Shown here in pieces: positions 59,459 to 64,000 of a stretch of 64,000 nt of DNA; within the stretch, counting starts at the first letter, position 1, and each line of letters starts with the position of its first letter. A program made the translations under genes and the position numbers. Location of the stretch: IMG/VR virus record IMGVR_UViG_3300031992_002338; one strand, 5' to 3'. Below the pieces are notes generated by a model, which was given only the letters and a program-made list of their open reading frames with translations, had not been told where the DNA came from and did not search any database. Source of the DNA: a virus (Duplodnaviria; Caudoviricetes).

Positions 59459-59866
59459 TTATTTGCTTTTTTTCTTTTCATTAGGGCTTAATTTAATATT
59501 GTTTTTCCACTCTTTCAAAATATCTTCATATTCTGAAAAATCTTTATCAACGAAAAATTGTTTTGCATGTATTATTATATGTTTGTTTTTCATTTCAAAT
59601 ATTTCCTCATTATCAACAACTGAAGGAAAATATTTTTCAAATGATGACAGTTGTAAACCAACTTGCACATATCCATTTTCACAATCTTTTGTAACTTTCT
59701 TTAGTACCTTTAATCTGTCCTCATCATTTAATTCAGAAGGGAATATTCTACTAAGATATGCACTCCATTCATAAGCCCTCCAAAAACTACCTTCCATATA
59801 AAAATGAATATCAAACAAACTATCTTTATCTCTTTTTTCTGAACTGAATATTTCTTGTACTGACAT
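59459..59866 (-). CDS. MutS-domain-I-like protein (DGR accessory type)
   Basis: IHFYMEGSFWRAYEWSAYL resembles the MutS_I GxFYxxY...A motif; directly downstream of a DGR-like target. Confidence 0.55.
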   Translation of the reverse strand: MSVQEIFSSEKRDKDSLFDIHFYMEGSFWRAYEWSAYLSRIFPSELNDEDRLKVLKKVTKDCENGYVQVGLQLSSFEKYFPSVVDNEEIFEMKNKHIIIHAKQFFVDKDFSEYEDILKEWKNNIKLSPNEKKKSK

Positions 59867-59894
59867 AACAATATTAAATTTTTAATAAATATAT

Positions 59895-59951
59895 AATTAA
59901 AATAAAAAGTATGGTTGGGCTTGCGCTTGTGCCATACTTTTTATTTTAATT
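59895..59951. repeat. 20-bp perfect inverted repeat downstream of the putative VR
   Basis: AATTAAAATAAAAAGTATGG-N17-CCATACTTTTTATTTTAATT; the loop contains GC-GCAA-GC on the minus strand. Confidence 0.85.
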
Positions 59952-59984
59952 TGATTGACTTGGTATTGGTTGGATGATGAATTC

Positions 59985-60644
59985 TCAACCAACCACAGGG
60001 CGAACCGACCAGCCGTACTCACGGTTGTCATCGCCCACGCCCTTGCCACCATTGCCAAAGCTCAAGTAGTAAGCTCTATTACTACCACGAGGAGAAGAAC
60101 CCCAAAAGTCACCGTTATTGCCTACATCGTCCTGGCTACCAACGTGCCAGTAGCCAGCAGCAGGAATGAATAAAACAGCCCCATTGGTAGCTGTGAATGT
60201 GCCGCCATTTATTCCACTACCTTTGTAGTTTGTTACCCACTGATAAGTAGTATTAGCTGTCAATTCTTGCATTTGTGCTCTCGTTGGCATATGCCAAGAG
60301 CCACCCCATACTTGGGATGCCGTATCGACAGAAGAATCTAGTGGGTCTTCTGTTCCACTATAGTTGCTATCGCCACTTGTTGCTGCATACTGAGCAGCAC
60401 CCTTACCGTATTGATAGTAATTACCATAATCCGTTTCTGATGAAGCACCAACGTTCATTGTTGCCCACTTCGTGCCACTTGGCAAGCCAAGGTCAACATA
60501 TTCATGACCGTTATAAGGGTCAACAAATGGATTATAATGTACCTCATTTTCATTAACACAGTAACTTACATTAGGCAAAATTAGATTTTGTCTAGCTTCC
60601 TCATACTCAGTATGATTTTCAAACTTTTTTAAATAGATTGCCAT
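59985..60644 (-). CDS. DGR-target-like C-type-lectin-fold protein (start ATG 60644)
   Basis: YVDLGLPSGTKWATMNVGA, WGGSWHMPT, FIPAAGY...WGSS...AYYLSF...GWSVRPV; GC-rich 3' variable-region-like end. Confidence 0.75.
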   Translation of the reverse strand: MAIYLKKFENHTEYEEARQNLILPNVSYCVNENEVHYNPFVDPYNGHEYVDLGLPSGTKWATMNVGASSETDYGNYYQYGKGAAQYAATSGDSNYSGTEDPLDSSVDTASQVWGGSWHMPTRAQMQELTANTTYQWVTNYKGSGINGGTFTATNGAVLFIPAAGYWHVGSQDDVGNNGDFWGSSPRGSNRAYYLSFGNGGKGVGDDNREYGWSVRPVVG

Positions 60645-60768
60645 AATTGTTATATTGTTATTAAATTTATTATTATCATATAGTAATAAATATCTTATGG
60701 AAAATAAAAATGAGGAACTGTATTGAAACAATTCCTCATCTTTTGTATATTATAATTGATTTTTTTTT

Positions 60769-62703
60769 TTATCCTTGCGTGTCATCATAGTAGCCACAAT
60801 CTATGTTTGCAATTCCAAGTGTAATGTTACCATTTGCATCAGTATTAACAACAATTGCCTCATTGCCTGTAGTAGTTACAGAAGAAGTTGCAGCACTGAT
60901 TGAAATAGGAGCTACACCGTTTGCTACAGCTACTGCCTTATCATTAACTGTTACACTAGTAATGGTCTTTGCACTAAGAGTCTCAACATCACCACTAACC
61001 GCCTCGATTCTTTCGTCAAGGTCAGTTAATGCAGCAGCAGTAACTTGCTCATTAGTGGTAATTACATTATCAACCTCCATAAATGCCTCGGTAATTGAGC
61101 TAGATGATGTAATTCCACTTAACGCATCTGATGATGTGAAACCACTCATCTTAATCTTAGAAGCATCAGTCTGAATATCAGCTGTCTTATTACCAAGTTC
61201 ATTACTGATTGATGCTGTAATACTACCATTTGTAGATGTGATAGCGGTGATTGTCTTGCCACTAAGTTCTGCAAGGTCTGTTGCAGAAGCAATGTCATTC
61301 TCTTGAATTGTTAAACCGCTCTGAACAAGTTTGCCATCAAGTTCTTCAATAGAAATAGTTACGTGATTTCCACTTGTAGCACCAGTCACAGTTGCATCAA
61401 GGCCAGCAACAACAGTATCGAGCTGCCTTTCAATCTCAGCCCTAATACCATTAACCTTGAAACCATCAGCACCAACTGTTAAGAAATCAACTGGAGTGTC
61501 TTGTGAGTCTTTTTCTGAAGTTGGGTCAACAACACCCTTAACCTTATTTGCGGTTGCATCCCAAGTAACACCACTTGCAAACTCTTGCTCATTGATAAAT
61601 GCGCCAACTGGGACTGCTGCAACAAGAGTGTTTCCACTTACATCCTCATACGCATAGCACAATGCTTGATTTGCTTGAGTCTGTGCTGTTTCTGGAATAT
61701 CACTCCAACCATTTGTCTTGTTATATGTTGGTAATACTTGTGGGTTTGCTGTGGTATCAGCGTGTAACAATGCAACTGAAAGCAATGCGCTGTCCTTATA
61801 AATTTTAATAGTTGCACCAATTGTATTACCGCTTGCGCCAACAAGGTTATACTGTTCCTTTACATTAGCTTCACTTGGAGTTGTTGCTGAAATTGTAAGG
61901 AGTGAACTAACAGTCTTGTTGTTCTGTGCATCAGCATCAGAAATGTGTATGGTATCTTCATCGCCAACATACTGTGTAAGAGCAGCAGAAGCAACCTTCA
62001 ACACTTTACTTGTTTCATCTTGCACAATGGTGTCATTGTCAATGTTAACCTCGAAGTTAACACCACCGTCAGTATTGTCAGTCAATACGATTGTCTGAGC
62101 GCTAGAAGTAATCTCTCCACGTGACACAGAAATTTCACCATTTGTCTGGTCTACTTCTATCACAAATTTCTTTGCAACAGCAGTATCATCTACACTTGGA
62201 AGGGTTGCTGTTGTTGCAGATACAATACCATCAGCTTGTGTTACGTTTGTTACATATACGCCAGTACCAGTTGTAACACCACTGTAATCCATCTGATTCT
62301 TTAATTCATCAGCATATCTCTTAGCACCTTCAACAGAAGTCTCAGCACTTGTTGACTGTCCATTACCGCTTAATGCTGTAAGCTGTGCTGTTACTGTTTC
62401 TGAAGCACCAGAACCAACGCCATCACCAAGTATTGCATTTATCTCTTCACGAAGTTTCTCAACATCACCACTAGCGCCCTCAGTATCGAAGATTGTGATG
62501 TCATGTGTTGAGCCTGTTACATAAACAAAACCAACTATTGTTTTAACCGTACCACTTACTGTATAACGAGCAAGCAAGGCAGTACCATCGGCTGAATCTT
62601 CCTTATGTGCGTTTAAAAGAGAAATAGCAGCATCACGTGTGATGTTAACAGCTTGGTTTCTTAAGAACTTAATGTTCTGTACATTGTTATTACTTATTGC
62701 CAT
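60769..62703 (-). CDS. Virion structural / tail-fibre-like protein
   Basis: Thr/Ala/Ser-rich beta-strand repeats; N-terminal domain shared with 57522..59342; ends IDCGYYD. Confidence 0.6.
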   Translation of the reverse strand: MAISNNNVQNIKFLRNQAVNITRDAAISLLNAHKEDSADGTALLARYTVSGTVKTIVGFVYVTGSTHDITIFDTEGASGDVEKLREEINAILGDGVGSGASETVTAQLTALSGNGQSTSAETSVEGAKRYADELKNQMDYSGVTTGTGVYVTNVTQADGIVSATTATLPSVDDTAVAKKFVIEVDQTNGEISVSRGEITSSAQTIVLTDNTDGGVNFEVNIDNDTIVQDETSKVLKVASAALTQYVGDEDTIHISDADAQNNKTVSSLLTISATTPSEANVKEQYNLVGASGNTIGATIKIYKDSALLSVALLHADTTANPQVLPTYNKTNGWSDIPETAQTQANQALCYAYEDVSGNTLVAAVPVGAFINEQEFASGVTWDATANKVKGVVDPTSEKDSQDTPVDFLTVGADGFKVNGIRAEIERQLDTVVAGLDATVTGATSGNHVTISIEELDGKLVQSGLTIQENDIASATDLAELSGKTITAITSTNGSITASISNELGNKTADIQTDASKIKMSGFTSSDALSGITSSSSITEAFMEVDNVITTNEQVTAAALTDLDERIEAVSGDVETLSAKTITSVTVNDKAVAVANGVAPISISAATSSVTTTGNEAIVVNTDANGNITLGIANIDCGYYDDTQG

Positions 62704-62760
62704 AATTTATAAATTATTTATTTTTTTTTTATTACTTTCTATATAAATAGTTTTTTATTT

Positions 62761-62937
62761 TCATTTCTTAAGTTCATCAATTAATTTATCTGCATATTTT
62801 ACTGCAATACTTGATATTTGCTTCCTAAACACATATTCCAATATAAATACGAAAATACTATTAGATAATATTGAATTCATTATACTAATCGATGCGTCAA
62901 TCCTAACTTGGTCCCAATTAATACCTAACTTATCCAT
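62761..62937 (-). CDS. Small phage protein (likely start ATG 62937)
   Basis: WDQVRIDASISIMNSILSN...AVKYADKLIDEL. Confidence 0.55.
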   Translation of the reverse strand: MDKLGINWDQVRIDASISIMNSILSNSIFVFILEYVFRKQISSIAVKYADKLIDELKK

Positions 62938-63025
62938 AAAAACTAGCTTTCTTATAAAATATGAATTTATTCTTCCATAATGTGTACTACCATTGGTATG
63001 CTCACAATAAGATGAGTGCATAATA

Positions 63026-63057
63026 AAAGGAGTAACCTTTTGTTTGATTACTCCTTT
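63026..63057 (-). terminator. Terminator after the LRR gene
   Basis: AAAGGAGTAA-N12-TTACTCCTTT. Confidence 0.6.
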
Positions 63058-63070
63058 GTTATATCTACTG

Positions 63071-64000
63071 TTATGGTATAGGTTCTATGCTGCTTGCATA
63101 CTCACTCCAACCACTTGCTGACTTATATGTTTCTACACTTGCTGAAGGCACGTATATCTTTCTATTACTTGGATTATTGACGAAAGCATTACTACCCAAT
63201 GTCGGAGGTGTAGTTGCTCTTACTGTTGCGCTTGTAAGACTACTACAATTAAAGAAAGCATCATTACCAATACTTGTAACACTATTTGGTATGTCTATAC
63301 TTGTAAGGCTAGTACACTGAGTGAAAGCATAATTACCAATACTTGTAACACCACTACCTATTGTACAACTTGTAAGACTAGTACACAAAGAGAAAGTAAA
63401 ACTACCAATACTTGTAACACTATCTGGTATGTCTATACTTGTAAGACCAGTACAACCATCGAAAGCACTATTACCAATACTTGTAACACCACTACCTATC
63501 GTACAACTTGTAAGACCACTACAGCTTTGGAAAGCATAATTACCAATACTTGTAACACTATTTGGTATGTCTATACTTGTAAGACCAGTACAACAATTGA
63601 AAGCACTCTCACCAATACTTGTAACACCACTACCTATCGTACAACTTGTAAGACTACTACAATACATGAAAGCTTGAACACCAATACTTGTAACACCACT
63701 TGGTATGTTTATACTTGTAAGACTAGTACAGCTAGCGAAAGCATAATTACCAATACTTGTAACACCACTTGGTATATCTATACTTGTAAGACTATAACAA
63801 TTTCTGAAAGCACTCTCACCAATACTTGTAACACCACTACCTATCGTACAACTTGTAAGACTATAACAATTTCTGAAAGCACTCTCACCAATACTTGTAA
63901 CACCACTACCTATCGTACAACTTGTAAGACCACTACAGCTTTGGAAAGCATAATTACCAATACTTGTAACACTATTTGGTATGTCTATACTTGTAAGACC
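63071..64000 (-). CDS. BspA-type (LRR_5) leucine-rich-repeat protein, 3' part only
   Basis: Frame is open to the window edge (310 codons); 11 repeats of LTSxxIxxxVTSIGxxAFxxC plus a PPTLG...IYVP...YK...W cap. Confidence 0.9.
   Translation of the reverse strand, partial: GLTSIDIPNSVTSIGNYAFQSCSGLTSCTIGSGVTSIGESAFRNCYSLTSCTIGSGVTSIGESAFRNCYSLTSIDIPSGVTSIGNYAFASCTSLTSINIPSGVTSIGVQAFMYCSSLTSCTIGSGVTSIGESAFNCCTGLTSIDIPNSVTSIGNYAFQSCSGLTSCTIGSGVTSIGNSAFDGCTGLTSIDIPDSVTSIGSFTFSLCTSLTSCTIGSGVTSIGNYAFTQCTSLTSIDIPNSVTSIGNDAFFNCSSLTSATVRATTPPTLGSNAFVNNPSNRKIYVPSASVETYKSASGWSEYASSIEPIP
63240..64000 (-). repeat. 69-bp tandem coding repeat array
   Basis: Invariant anchors CCAATACTTGTAACAC and CTTGTAAG recur every 69 bp. 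Confidence 0.9.

Noticed and set aside
59388-59459. 23-aa ORF (MDKTTKLKEYGNFIGFYEKFVEY) coupled to the MutS-like gene as a possible DGR RT remnant
   Set aside because: Too short, with no RT motif; the resemblance cannot be told from chance.
59955-60173. Plus-strand 72-aa ORF over the variable region
   Set aside because: Antisense by-product of the GC-rich VR; it has no promoter or plausible start context.
62940-63022. Riboswitch or structured leader upstream of 62937
   Set aside because: Only one short imperfect hairpin and no recognisable family motif.
1-64000. TAG-to-Gln recoding as in some gut megaphages
   Set aside because: Long genes are unbroken in code 11, and TAG serves as a sensible stop (for example at 19860, 22786 and 29266).
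63240-64000. CRISPR array or DGR variable region in the 69-bp repeats
   Set aside because: The units are in-frame LRR codons, the variable parts are only a few codons long, and framework adenines are invariant.
1-64000. tRNA, rRNA or group I/II introns
   Set aside because: No cloverleaf or T-loop signatures were seen in the short intergenic gaps, and the nrdD and dnaB insertions are in frame with intein termini. This was a by-eye check, not an exhaustive one.

Overview
The window is a 64 kb stretch of a large, AT-rich, contractile-tailed (T4-like or jumbo) phage genome read in standard code 11. The host is most likely a Bacteroidota anaerobe: about 15 promoters match the Bacteroidota (T/C)TTG-N19-20-TAnnTTTG consensus. 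Most genes are on the minus strand. The left part (1-20 kb) covers DNA metabolism: a GHKL ATPase, an nrdD (intein)-FTR-like-nrdG cluster, a DnaB-like helicase with a class 3 intein, a 5'-3' exonuclease, a split ABC-ATPase/GNAT pair, RecA/UvsX, thymidine kinase and SSB. The right part (20-64 kb) covers morphogenesis: proteins with a shared LxE-rich leader, a baseplate hub with lysozyme and amidase domains, tape measure, chaperone, a tail tube plus a divergent tube paralog, tail sheath, fibre-like proteins, a DGR-type target gene and a BspA-like LRR protein. The strongest signal is an intact IS1595-family element (25-bp TIRs, 8-bp TSD) that splits a homing endonuclease gene. Its left end carries a hairpin and a putative phage late promoter driving a cargo gene with the phage's putative capsid-targeting leader. 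A second, solo copy of that left-end module sits between two late genes 13 kb away, positioned to act as their terminator/promoter junction. Other highlights are a DGR target with its hairpin and MutS-like accessory gene but no RT or TR seen in the window, a shuffled 69-bp LRR array, and a promoter-driven candidate ncRNA. All calls come from reading motifs by eye; no searches were run.
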